A stretch of DNA of 64,000 nucleotides, from assembly GCF_006345805.1 (NCBI RefSeq), contig NC_043000.1, forward strand, positions 148,304,001 to 148,368,000. The letters are read 5' to 3'. The notes below the pieces were generated by a model that made no database searches, was not told the DNA's origin, and saw only the letters and a program-made list of their open reading frames with translations. Both the position numbers and the translations under genes were made by a program. Below are positions 37,934 to 49,027 of this stretch, piece after piece (within the stretch, counting starts at the first letter, position 1; each line of letters opens with the position of its first letter). The stretch comes from Octopus sinensis (Eukaryota).

Positions 37934-38253
37934 GTATTGCAGTCATGCTAGGGTATCAACTTCAAGGCTTTTAGTTGATTATACTGACCCTGTTGTAATA
38001 TTGGCTTTTCAGACATTATTCATTAGAAATGTGTTCATGATCTATTACATAATTAAGTTGCTGTGATATTTTAAATATAAGAATATCCAGGTTGAGTGTA
38101 TTTTCTAATCACTATTAATAATAATTTGATTGCAGATAGGATGATACGGGTGCCTGTATGTTTCTTTGTCTTTACTGTTCCACCTACTCCTACCATTGAT
38201 CAGTGGCATTCCACCAACCTTTCTTTTCTTCTATGGTGTACAGACCCCACCCT

Positions 38254-38295
<42 letters not shown>

Positions 38296-38309
38296 ACACA
38301 TTTCTATAT

Positions 38310-41300
38310 GCACATGTGTGTGTGTGAGTAAGCATGTAGTGAGTGAGTGAGCATGTAGCATGTGTGTGTGTGTGTGAGTATGCATGTAGCGTGTGTGTGT
38401 GTGCGTGTGAGTATGCATGTAGTGTCTGTGTGTGTGTGAGTATGCATGTGGTGTGTGTGTGAGAGAGTGAGTATGCATGTAGTGTGTGTGTGTGTGTGTG
38501 AGTATGCATGTGGTGTGTGTGTGAGAGAGTGAGTATGCATGTAGTATGTGTGTGTATGTGAGTGAGTATGCATGTAGTATGTGTGTGTGTGAGTGAGTAC
38601 GCATGTAGTGTGTGCGTGTGTCTGAGTGAGTATGCATGTAGTATGTGTGTGAGTATGCATGTAATGTGTGTGTGTGTGAGTGAGTATGCATGTAGTGTGT
38701 GTGTGTGTGTGAGTATGCATGTAGTGTGTGTGTGTGTGTGTGAGTATGCATGTAGTGTGTGTGTGTGTGTGTGTGAGTATGCATGTAGTGTGTGTGAGTG
38801 AGTATGCATGTAATGTGTGTGTGTGTGAGTGAGTATGCATGTAGTGTGTGTGTGAGTGAGATGCATGTAGTGTGTTGTGTGTGAGTATGCATGTAGTGTG
38901 TGTGTGTGTGTGTGAGAGTATGCATGTAGTGTGTGTGTGTGAGTGAGTATGCATGTAGTGTGTGTGTGTGTGAGTGAGTATGCATGTATGTGTGTGTGTG
39001 TGGTGAGTATGCATGTGTGTGTGTGTGTGTGTGAGAGTGAGTATGCATGTAGCGTGTGTGAGTGTGTGTGTGAGTATGCATGTAGTGTGTGTGTGTGTGT
39101 GTGTGAGTATGCATGTAGTGTGTGTGTGTGTGTGTGTGTGAGTATGCATGTAGTGTGTGTGTGTGTGTGAGTATGCATGTAGTATGTGTGTGAGTATGCA
39201 TGTAGTGTGTGTGTGTGTGAGTATGCATGTAGTGTGTGTGTGTGTGTGTGAGTATGCATGTAGTGTGTGTGTGTGTGAGTATGCATGTAGTGTGTGTGTG
39301 TGTGAGTATGCATGTGTGTGTGTGTGTGGTGTGAGTATGCATGTAGTGTGTGTGTGAGTATGCATGTAGTGTGTGTGTGAGTATGCATGTAGTGTGTGAG
39401 TGAGTATGCATGTAGTGTGGTGTGTGTGTGAGTGAGTATGCATGTAATGTGTGTGTGTGAGTATGCATGTAGTGTGTGTGTGTGAGTGAGTATGCATGTA
39501 GTGTGTGTGTGTGTGAGTGAGTATGCATGTAGTGTGTGTGTGTGTGAGTGAGTATGCAGTAGTGTGTGTGTGAGTATGCATGTAGTGTGTGTGTGTGTGA
39601 GTATGCATGTAGTGTGTGTGTGTGTGAGTATGCATGTAGTGTGTGTGTGTGTGTGAGTATGCATGTAGTGTGTGTGTGTGTGTGAGTATGCATGTAGTGT
39701 GTGTGTGCGTGTGAGTATGCATGTAGTGTGTGTGTGTTGGTGTGAGTGAGTATGCATGTAATGTGTGTGTGTGTGAGTGAGTATGCATGTAGTGTGTTGT
39801 GTGTGAGTATGCATGTAATGTGTGTGTGTGTGAGTATGCATGTAGTGTGTGTGTGTGTGTGAGTATGCAGTAGTGTGTGTGTGTGTGAGTGAGTATGCAT
39901 GTAGTGTGTGTGTGTGTGAGTGAGTATGCATATAGTGTGTGTGTGGTGTGAGTGAGTATGCATATAGTGTGTGTGCGTGTGTGAGTGAGTATGCATGTGT
40001 GTGTGTGTGAGAGTGAGTATGCATGTAGCGTGTGTGAGTGTGTGTGTGAGTATGCATGTAGTGTGTGTGTGGTGTGAGTATGCATGTAGTGTGTGTGTGT
40101 GTGAGTATGCATGTAGTGTGTGTGTGTGTGAGTATGCATGTAGTGTGTTGTGTGTGAGTGAGTATGCATGTAGTGTGTGTGTGTGTGTGAGTATGCATGT
40201 AGTGTGTGTGCGTGTGAGTATGCATGTAGTGTGTGTGTGTGTGTGAGTGAGTATGCATGTAATGTGTGTGTGTGTGAGTGAGTATGCATGTAATGTGTGT
40301 GTGTGAGTATGCATGTAATGTGTGTGTGTGTGAGTATGCATGTAGTGTGTGTGTGTGTGAGAGTATGCATGTAGTGTGTGTGTGTGTGAGTGAGTATGCA
40401 TGTAGTGTGTGTGTGTGTGAGTGAGTATGCATATAGTGTGTGTGTGTGTGAGTGAGTATGCATATAGTGTGTGCGTGTGTGAGTGAGTATGCATGTGTGT
40501 GTGTGTGAGAGTGAGTATGCATGTAGCGTGTGTGAGTGTGTGTGTGAGTATGCATGTAGTGTGTATGTGTGTGAGTATGCATGTAGTGTGTGTGTGTGTG
40601 AGTATGCATGTAGTGTGTGTGTGTGTGTGAGTATGCATGTAGTGTGTGTGTGTGTGAGAGTATGCATGTAGTGTGTGTGTGTGTGAGTATGCATGTAGTG
40701 TGTGTGTGTGTGTGAGTATGCATGTAGTGTGTGTGTGTGTGTGAGTATGCATGTAGTGTGTGTGTGTGTGTGAGTATGCATGTAGTGTGTGTGTGTGTGT
40801 GAGTATGCATGTAGTGTGTGTGTGTGAGTGAGTATGCATGTAGTGTGTGTGTGAGTATGCATGTAGTGTGTGTGTGAGTATGCATGTAGTGTGTGAGTGA
40901 GTATGCATGTAGTGTGTGAGTGAGTATGCATGTAGTGTGTGTGTGTGTGAGTGAGTATGCATGTAATGTGTGTGTGTGAGTATGCATGTAGTGTGTGTGT
41001 GTGAGTGAGTATGCATGTAGTGTGTGTGTGAGTGAGTATGCATGTAGTGTGTGTGTGAGTATGCATGTAATGTGTGTGTGTGTGAGTATGCATGTAGTGT
41101 GTGTGTGTGTGTGAGTATGCATGTAGTGTGTGTGTGTGAGTGAGTATGCATGTAGTGTGTGTGTGTGTGAGTGAGTATGCATGTAGTGTGTGCGTGTGAG
41201 AGTGAGTATGCATGAGTATATATGTAGTGTGTGTATGCCTCTGTGGGTGTGAGTGAGTATGCATGTAGTGTGAGAAAGTATGCATGCGTGAGTATGAATA

Positions 41301-41395
41301 GTGTGCATGTATGTGTGTGTGTATGCATGCATGCATGCATGTGTCTATGCATATATGTATACATATACATGTGTGTGCTTGTGTGTAGAGTGTAT
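38310..41395. repeat. ~3.1-kb compound satellite GAGTATGCATGTA + variable (GT)n
   Basis: Roughly 100 copies of the 13-bp core (estimated from ~30-bp spacing) with variable GT spacers; preceded by (TA)n at 38258-38292. Confidence 0.97.
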
Positions 41396-41589
41396 TTGCA
41401 GTGTTGGCAGACAAACATCAATGCCAATTATCCTTGACATGAATGGTAATGTACCTTTGTGCATTCCAGGAGGAGTTACTAGGCCTAAGAATAGTTGTCT
41501 TTTTTCTTTTTTTCAGCATTGAGAATTTGTGGAATGAGGTGGATATGGCAATATATTGAGCAGTAATACTTGTAATTATTTGGACAAAA

Positions 41590-42420
41590 CCTTAGAACAA
41601 TCCCATTCAATATAGGCACAATGAAAGGTAGGTCTGGTGAGATTGTTGAAATAATAGAATGGAGGCATAGAGATGTGTACTGCATGGAAGAGGTATGACA
41701 GGAGAATCTCAGTCAGACTTCTCATGGGCAAGGAACAAATATATAATTTTTTCTAGGTAGTGAATAGTCATGATGTGGGAGGTGTAGGCATACTTTTAGC
41801 AGAGAATGGATAGATAAGGTGACTGAGGTAGTAAGAGTGTGATAGGATTAAGCTTTGGCTAGTCTTGGAAAATATGACAGTAACATTTATCTCTGCATTA
41901 TATTCCTTAATTGGGACTGGCAGATAAAGAAAAGGACCAATTTTATGAGGCCTTTTGCAGAGAGATATTTTATCATCAGAGCTGGTGACTTCGATGGGCA
42001 TATTGGGCAGCAATTTGATGGATTGCAGAGTGTACATGGAGGCTATGGTTTTGACCCTTGCAATGAGAAGGGAATATGGCTCTGTGATGCAAATGACTTG
42101 ATGATCTGCAATAAAAAAACCAATCAGTCACCTGATTACCTAGGAATAGACAAATGCTTGTGAATGCAAAATCCTTGTCAGGTGAAGAATGTACAACCCG
42201 AAAGATTAGCGAGTAACTTCAGACTCAGTGCAAGAAGAATTCAGAGATGCAAACAGTCTATAAGAGAAAGTTATGGAAGCTTAAAGCTTCAGTGAACAGG
42301 CACAAATTTTGATAAGTACTAGTTGAAGTATTTGACAATGAGAAGAAGGTAAAAACATAATTTAGAGGACAGAAAGTTCCTGCAGAACAACAGACTAAAT
42401 TTGAGGCTGGTGAAAAGGTT
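41590..42420 (+). pseudogene. Degraded RTE-clade LINE, AP-endonuclease region
   Basis: NIGTMKGRSGEIVEIIE...; AGDFDGHIG...HGGYGFDPCNEKG...CDANDLMICN match RTE APE motifs (GDFN, HGGxG, NEEG); frameshifts and stops present. Confidence 0.8.
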
Positions 42421-42910
42421 CCAGCCAGACCAAGGATATAATTTACACACACACAGACACACATACACACCTGATGGATTTCCACCTACTAAATTTCATT
42501 CATGAGATTTTAACCAACCAGAGATAATGATAGCATACATATGCCCAAAGTTCTGCACAATGGCAGTGATTCCAGAATGTGATAGCAAAGCAAAAATATT
42601 TAACCACATGGCTATGTTATTTTTTTTCCTTTTTGTAATTAATAGAAACATTAAAAAAGTAAATAATAAAAAAAAGTAACAATAATAAAGAGTGAAATAA
42701 ATATTTTCTAATGTTTCTTGATGTTCTGGATTCAAATCCAATCAACTATGGCTAAACTTGCTTTTCAGCCAAGCAGACTTGATAAAATAAATACCAATCA
42801 TGTTCTAGGATAAAATTCAATCAACTATACTCTAATAAATTTGTTGCTTTGAGCTTTTATTCATCATCATCAATCAGTGTGTCATAGCACCAAGGGTCAT
42901 CGATAACTTG

Positions 42911-43323
42911 TCATCATCATCATCATCATCATTTAGCGTCCACTTTCCATGCTAGCATGAGTTGGACGGTTCAACTGGGGTCTGTGAAGCCAGGAGGCTG
43001 CATCAGGCCCAGTCTGATCTGGCAGTGTTTCTACGGCTGGATGCCCTTCCTAACGCCAACCACTCCGTGAGTGTAATGGGTGCTTTTTACGTGCCACCCG
43101 CATAGGTGCCAGACGGAGCTGGCAAATGGCCACGGACGGATGGTGCTTTTTACGTGCCACCGGCACGGGGGCCAGGCAAGGCTGGCAACAGCCACGATCG
43201 GATGGTGCTTTTTACGTGCCACCGGCATGGGGGCCAGGCGAGGCTGGCAACGGCCACGAACAGATGGTGCTTTTTACGTGCCACCGGCACAGGGGCCAGG
43301 CGAGACTGGCAATGGCCACGAAC
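42911..43323 (-). mobile_element. SINE family D with four ~62-bp internal tandem units
   Basis: gtgctttttacgtgccacc at 43080, 43143, 43205, 43267. Confidence 0.9.
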
Positions 43324-43747
43324 TTGTATTTGCAAAAATTTAAGATGATAGTTGGGAGTAAGTATAACTGTAGGAGTAGATATAATCCAAATAGATTGAA
43401 GTTACATGAAATGAAGTCCAAGAATTGAACCCATGGCATTGTGATTATGAGCTGAATGACTTAACCTCATGCCTTCAAGTGCCAATATTAGAAATCATTA
43501 CATTTATTAATAGCCTTCGAGTCACTGGGACACAGCTTGAATGACTGTTTTCATGTGATTCAAAGGAAGATACACTACACTAACTTCCTGCTGCCTCTTT
43601 TAGGCTTATCAGAGCATTTCTGCTTATCACTGTGAGCTATTAGAATATTTGTCAGTCATATACCTCCAAACTCTTCACCCTTCCCTGTGTACAATGGAGT
43701 TTTCAGCTATCTGGATTAAACCAATAAAATTTTTTTAATTCTTTAAC

Positions 43748-43922
43748 AGGCGCAGGAGTGGCTGTGTGGTAAGTAGCTTGCTTACCAACCACATGGTTCC
43801 GGGTTCAGTCCCACTGCGTGGCACTTTGGGCAAGTGTCTTCTACTATAGCCTCGAGCCAACCAAAGCCTTGTGAGTGGATTTGGTAGACGGAAACTGAAA
43901 AGAATCCCATCGTATATATGTG

Positions 43923-43953
<31 letters not shown>

Positions 43954-44158
43954 TTGTGAGTCTGTGTTTGTCCCCCTAGCATTGCTTGACAACTGATGCT
44001 GGTGTGTTTATGTCCCCGTCACTTAGCGGTTCGGCAAAAAGAGACTGATAGAATAAGTACTGGGCTTACAAAGAATAAGTCCTGGGGGTCGAGTTGCTCG
44101 ACTAAAGGCGGTGCTCCAGCATGGCCGCAGTCAACTGACTGAAACAAGTAAAAGAGTA
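43748..44158 (+). mobile_element. SINE family A
   Basis: Full-length match. Confidence 0.92.
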
Positions 44159-44416
44159 AATACAGCTGGTAGTAGGAAGTTGGTTGGGAAACAAACTTTT
44201 GAAGCTCTTAATCACAAGGCCAGGACTCGACTAAATATGGGTCAATGGTTCATTTATTGTATTCTAATGCCCATTTTGGGAAGTGTTTAAGCAATAAAAA
44301 CACTAAAACATTTATACTAACATGAGACAATATGCATAGAGATTATGAGTCATCCGGCTCCTCTTTAGTTTTTAATCAGTCTCTCTAATCTTAACCACTC
44401 CAATACCAGTAATGAT

Positions 44417-44905
44417 ATCATCATCATCATCATCGTTTAACGTCCGCTTTCCATGCTAGCATGGGTTGGACGGTTCAACTGGGGTCTGGGAAGCCCGAAG
44501 GCTGCACCAGGCCAGTCAGATCTGGCAGTGTTTCTACAGCTGGATGCCCTTCCTAACGCCAACCACTCCGAGAGTGTAGTGGGTGATTTTATGTGCCACC
44601 GACACAGGTGCCAGACGAGGCTGGCGAACGGCCACGCTCGGATGGTGTTTTTTTTACGTGCCACTGGCACGGAGGCCAGTCAATGCGGTACTGGCTACGG
44701 CCACGTTTGGATGGTTTTCGTATGTGCCACCGGCACTGGTATCACAAAACTACAAATTCCATTAATGTTCATCGAGTTTGCTTTTGATTTTGACCATTTT
44801 CGCTTGCCTCAACAGGTCTTCACAAGTAGAGTTATGTGTCCCAAGAAGGAAGATATGCATAGGTGGACTGACTACATTCCAGGTAGGGGCCATGGGTTAT
44901 GGGTT
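44417..44905 (-). mobile_element. SINE family D (long variant), abutting a Helitron
   Basis: (CAT)n tail, internal repeats, and a cttgcctcaac(a/g)ggtcttcacaagtagag segment shared with 30188-30216. Confidence 0.85.
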
Positions 44906-44906
44906 A

Positions 44907-45302
44907 TCTTTATATATAAAAGTGAAGTTGTGTGTCTGTCCCCTACGATTTAGATTCCTAACTACTCCCACATTTTGCGGTGCAGTTTAACCAAAACCGG
45001 GTATCTTATAGTCGTGATTCATATCGAGCCCTTCTGGGTATTAGCGCGCATCTACGATGAGTCTACGATTTAAAAAAAAATTTACCATCATTATTTCCCA
45101 TTTTTAATGCATTTTTTTGCTATTATATAAGGGAAGTAACTCTCTAAAAATGTATTATTAAATCTCAGAACGTAAAAAGCTACAGTAACCCCCCACCTTT
45201 GTGGTTAGCCATATTGAAAAGGCTATTATACTTTACATCTCTAAAAATGCTTATATAGTTATTTCCCTTACAAACCCGAGCAACGCTGGGCGATACTGCT
45301 AG
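44907..45302 (+). mobile_element. Non-autonomous Helitron
   Basis: A|TC ... cccgagcaacgctgggcgatactg CTAG|T; homologous ends with 12547-13059. Confidence 0.88.
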
Positions 45303-46699
45303 TAAACATATAAAAATTGATGAGGGGATAAAAATGATAACATATCCAACACCTCCACATCACTTGTAATTGCAGTTACTCCTAATTTCTTGATTTTCTT
45401 TTCTTCCATCCAATCATCAAATGATTCTAAAAGCTTACATATTACATCTGATTTTCTGATGCTAAGTGAACGGGATGTAAACCTGTCTTTTGATCTCTCA
45501 ATAGGGCAGCAGTAGTCTTGTACATACTACTTCCAAAGGATCTGACAGAAATTCCCGACAGTTAGATCAAGTAAAGAATATAGAAAGCTGTGTACTTCTC
45601 AAATAATTACTCTAGAATAATTACTCAATATCGAGATGGCAGTTATTTTTTTTTATATATGTTCTTTTGTCAAATAATACTCTCAAAGTATTGTCAACCC
45701 ATGATTATAGTAGATGACATTCCCCAGAGTGCTATATATTGGGGATGAACTAGGGACCACATGGCTGCAAATGAAACCAATTAACCATGCAGCCATTTCA
45801 CTTCTATCACTCAGAAACTAATGACATGAAAATATCTTTTATATATTTTTGTATCAAAAGAAGAGAAGCACACTTCATGAAAGTTGATTCACTGACTTGG
45901 TTTCAATTCCCAGCTGTAGTTATTTCATTTCGCTTAAGTCACTCATGCCTGTGAGGCCCACAAGAGTTTCATTTCTCTTCTAGACTATGTAAAGAATCAA
46001 TAATGTTAACAAGGGAGAATACACAGATGTTGAAGATAATTTCACTAACTGGGGTCAAAGGTTAAGACAGCTGAAGCTAAGGAGAAACACAAATGATATT
46101 CTCTTCAGCAAAGAAGAGAAAATAATATTTTTTTTTTCAGAACTAAAGATGATAAAGACATTTACAATTCTATCAGTTTCCTCTAGTTAAAACCAAGATA
46201 TTAAACATATATATACATATTTATATAATAATATTTTCTTTTACACAAAATATCCACAGCTAGTAGTAGCAGGCATGGTGGAAAAAATAAACAGTTTGCA
46301 TTAATTGGATAGCAAAATTCAGAGTGTTTTTTTTACAGACGGAAACAAGTGTAAGCATAGATCAATGTAGCACAAAAACTGTGCTAAATGACACTAATGG
46401 AGATTTAAGACAGAGAGGCTGGGCTGAATGCAAAGGAAGCTGTTAGACTCATTCCTGTAGTTAGCGCCAACAGCAGATGTTACAATAATCAGCGGAAGGA
46501 TCACACATGATAATTTCAGGTATTGCTTAAAGTTTATAGTCTGTATATAGGAATGGGTAAAAAAGGGTTTTTATGAAGCCAGCAACACCACTGATACCAT
46601 CTCCACTACCACTACCACAACCATTGCTGCTACCAACACATCTTTGAATATCTATGCTTAATATTCTGGAGAGGATATTGATTATCAGTTTTTCTTCTC

Positions 46700-47360
46700 C
46701 AAATAATTCTTTCTATTATTGGCACAGAGCCTGACATTTTTTGGTAGGAGGAGATAGTTGATCACATAGACCCCAGTACTTGACTGGTACCTACTTGATC
46801 AACGCCAAAAGGATAAAAGGTAAAGTTGACCTCAGCAGAATTTGAATTTAGAACAGAGCTGGAAGAAATATTGTTAAACATTTTGTTTATTATTATTATT
46901 ATTAAAGCTCACTGCTTTAATAATAATAATCTTTTCTACTATAGGGACAATGAATGAAATTTTGGGGGAGGGGATAAGTCGATTACATCAACCCCAATGC
47001 TTGACTGGTACTTAACCCTGAAAGGCAAAGTTGGCCATGGTAGAATTTGAACTTAGAATGTAAGGACAAAATGCTGCTAGAATTTGGCCCAGGGTACTAA
47101 CAATTCTGCCAGCTCACCACCTTAAATAATGATTATAATAACAGTACTTTCTACTATAGACACAAGGCCTGATATTCAAAGTTGTGGGATAGGCATCTAC
47201 ATGAACCCCAGTGCTCAACAAATACTATGTCATTGGTCCTGAAAGAATGAAAGGCAAAGTCAACCTTGGCAGGGTTTGAACTCAGAATGTAAAGACAGGT
47301 GAACTGTTGCTAAGCATTTTGTCCAACGTACTAACGAGTCTGCTACTTCACTGCCTTAAT
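46700..47360 (-). repeat. Three consecutive older family-C-like SINEs separated by (AAT)-rich linkers
   Basis: ttct(a/t)ctatt/a...gatcacat/gattacat...aaaggcaaagt..aatttgaact motifs repeated at ~220-bp spacing. Confidence 0.65.
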
Positions 47361-47606
47361 AATAATTATAATAACAATTTTTGGCCACAAGGGCCCAAGA
47401 CATTAGGGACAGTACAGAAGGTGAAACACACAGGAAAACAAGAACAGAGGATTTATAGATTAAAAGGCTGAGATTAACAATAACACCAAAGACACATAAA
47501 TAAACATGCAATAATAAACAGTAAGAAATAAAATGAAAACAAGGAAAGGATCCACAAAATGTGTGTTTTCTAACATAAGCACAAAATCAGATATTTACAG
47601 GGAAAG

Positions 47607-47790
47607 TGTACATTATTTACAACATGTCGGCTGATATACCCTCCATCCTTCATCAGGTGTCTTGGGGAAATTTCGAACCTGGGTCCTAAGGTATTTTTCA
47701 ATGTTATTATTATTATTATTATTCAGGTCACTGCCTGGAATCGAACTCGGAATCTTGGGGTTAGTAGCCTGCACTCTTAACCACTATGCC
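47607..47790 (-). mobile_element. tRNA-headed element, left arm of a head-to-head palindrome
   Basis: Reverse complement of 47795-47965; hammerhead core CTGATGA at 47656-47650 but GAAAC mutated to GACAT. Confidence 0.85.
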
Positions 47791-47794
47791 ATAT

Positions 47795-48060
47795 GGCGTA
47801 GTGGTTAAGAGCGTGGGCTACTGACCCCAAGATTCCGAGTTTGATTCCAGGCAATGAAATGAATAAAAATAATAACATTGAAAAATACCTTAGGAATGAG
47901 AACCCAGGTTTGAAATTTTCCCAAGACACCTGATGAAGGCTGGAGGATATATCAACCGAAACGTTGTATTAACAACAATCAAGATGAGGACAAATATCCA
48001 TCAATTGTAACTAATATAAATAATGTACATAATTCCTCAATCTCTTAAATATAGAACTGT
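47795..48060 (+). mobile_element. tRNA-headed element with a Penelope-like, hammerhead-containing 3' part
   Basis: ggcgtagtgg (A box), gagtttgattcc (B box), (AAT)n linker, then gacacCTGATGAaggctg...caaccGAAACgtt. Confidence 0.8.
47925..47970 (+). ncRNA. Minimal type I hammerhead ribozyme motif (slightly decayed)
   Basis: gacac-CTGATGA-a-GGCTG gaggatatat CAACC-GAAAC-GT-T-gtatt: intact CUGAUGA/GAAA core, ACGT palindromic stem III, one mismatch each in stems I and II. Confidence 0.7.
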
Positions 48061-48573
48061 ATTACAAGGAAAGGTTAATTGATTTTATCAACCCAACTAC
48101 TTAACTGGTCCTTGATTTCGTCTACCCCAAAAGGAAGTGAAATTTATGTCAGCAGGATCTGAACAACTGATTTTGTCATTACACCAACCTTACAGAAAAA
48201 AAAAAAAGGTCTTTACACAAATAATTTCAGCCATCTGTCATCATATCAATAATAGGAATTTCTAACATAGGTACAATGCTAACACCCACACATTTGTTTT
48301 TGATGGGAGACAGGCAGTGCAGAAATAATTATGTCGATTCCAAAATTCCAGAATTGGCCAACACTACCATCCTCCTGATAAGGGTGGTCATTTTGAGAGG
48401 TATGGCAGTTACATTAGTATTTTCACTGGTACTGTATTTTATTGAACCCAAAAGGATAAAAGCAAGGCTGAGACTGGCTTCATATGAACTCTGAATGTGA
48501 AAAAGCCAGAATAAATATCATCAAAGCATCTTGTCCAATGTTCTAATGATTCTGCTATTCCACCTGCCCTTAA

Positions 48574-48793
48574 CCCTTTTGTTACAGTATTTATTTTGAG
48601 ATGCTCAGTGTTTCTTTCAATTACTTTAAATATAACAAAGAATTTAGTAAACTAACTTAGTTATCATTAAGCTAGTGTTAGGAACATAAATTGTGACTAA
48701 GGTTTGGTGGAAGATTTTAATTCAAAACTTATGAAAACAAGACATTTGTACTCAGAGCAAGAGCCGGTTTCAGCTGGGTTAGTAACAAAAAGG
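48574..48793. mobile_element. piggyBac-type MITE (inverted relative to 20027-20246)
   Basis: TTAA at 48570-48573 and 48794-48797; TIR ccctttt gttac / gtaac aaaaagg. Confidence 0.85.
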
Positions 48794-48797
48794 TTAA

Positions 48798-49027
48798 TCT
48801 TTTAGTATTTAAACTGGCCATATTTGACCGAAATATTCTTCCTGTTTTATGTTCAAACTGGCCAGATCCAGCCTCTCACACCAACCCTACAATGTTAGTC
48901 TAAAAGATTTACAATCACATCATTGAATCACCAAGCTACAGATAATGCAGGATAAATTCAAAACAATGTGGATAAAAGGTGAATAAATAAACATTACATT
49001 TGGCAGAATAATCTGAATGCTAAAGGG
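48798..49027. mobile_element. Second piggyBac-type MITE family
   Basis: Ends atctgaatgctaaaggg|TTAA, like 17161-17184; left end degenerate. Confidence 0.7.

Noticed and set aside
38310-41395. CRISPR-like repeat-spacer appearance
   Set aside because: The repeat is only 13 bp, the spacers are (GT)n rather than unique sequence, there are no cas genes, and the context is eukaryotic.
38200-41427. Three overlapping ORFs over 1000 aa, His/Thr-rich, on the minus strand
   Set aside because: They are translations of the CA-rich strand of the GAGTATGCATGTA-(GT)n satellite, which lacks stop codons in all three frames; there is no domain content.
45303-45530. ~70-codon open frame on the minus strand (YVQDYCC...FDDWMEEKKIKKLG) and an overlapping GLHPVHLAS string
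   Set aside because: No convincing splice sites or recognisable domain; the resemblance to ankyrin or Gypsy RNase H is too short to support.
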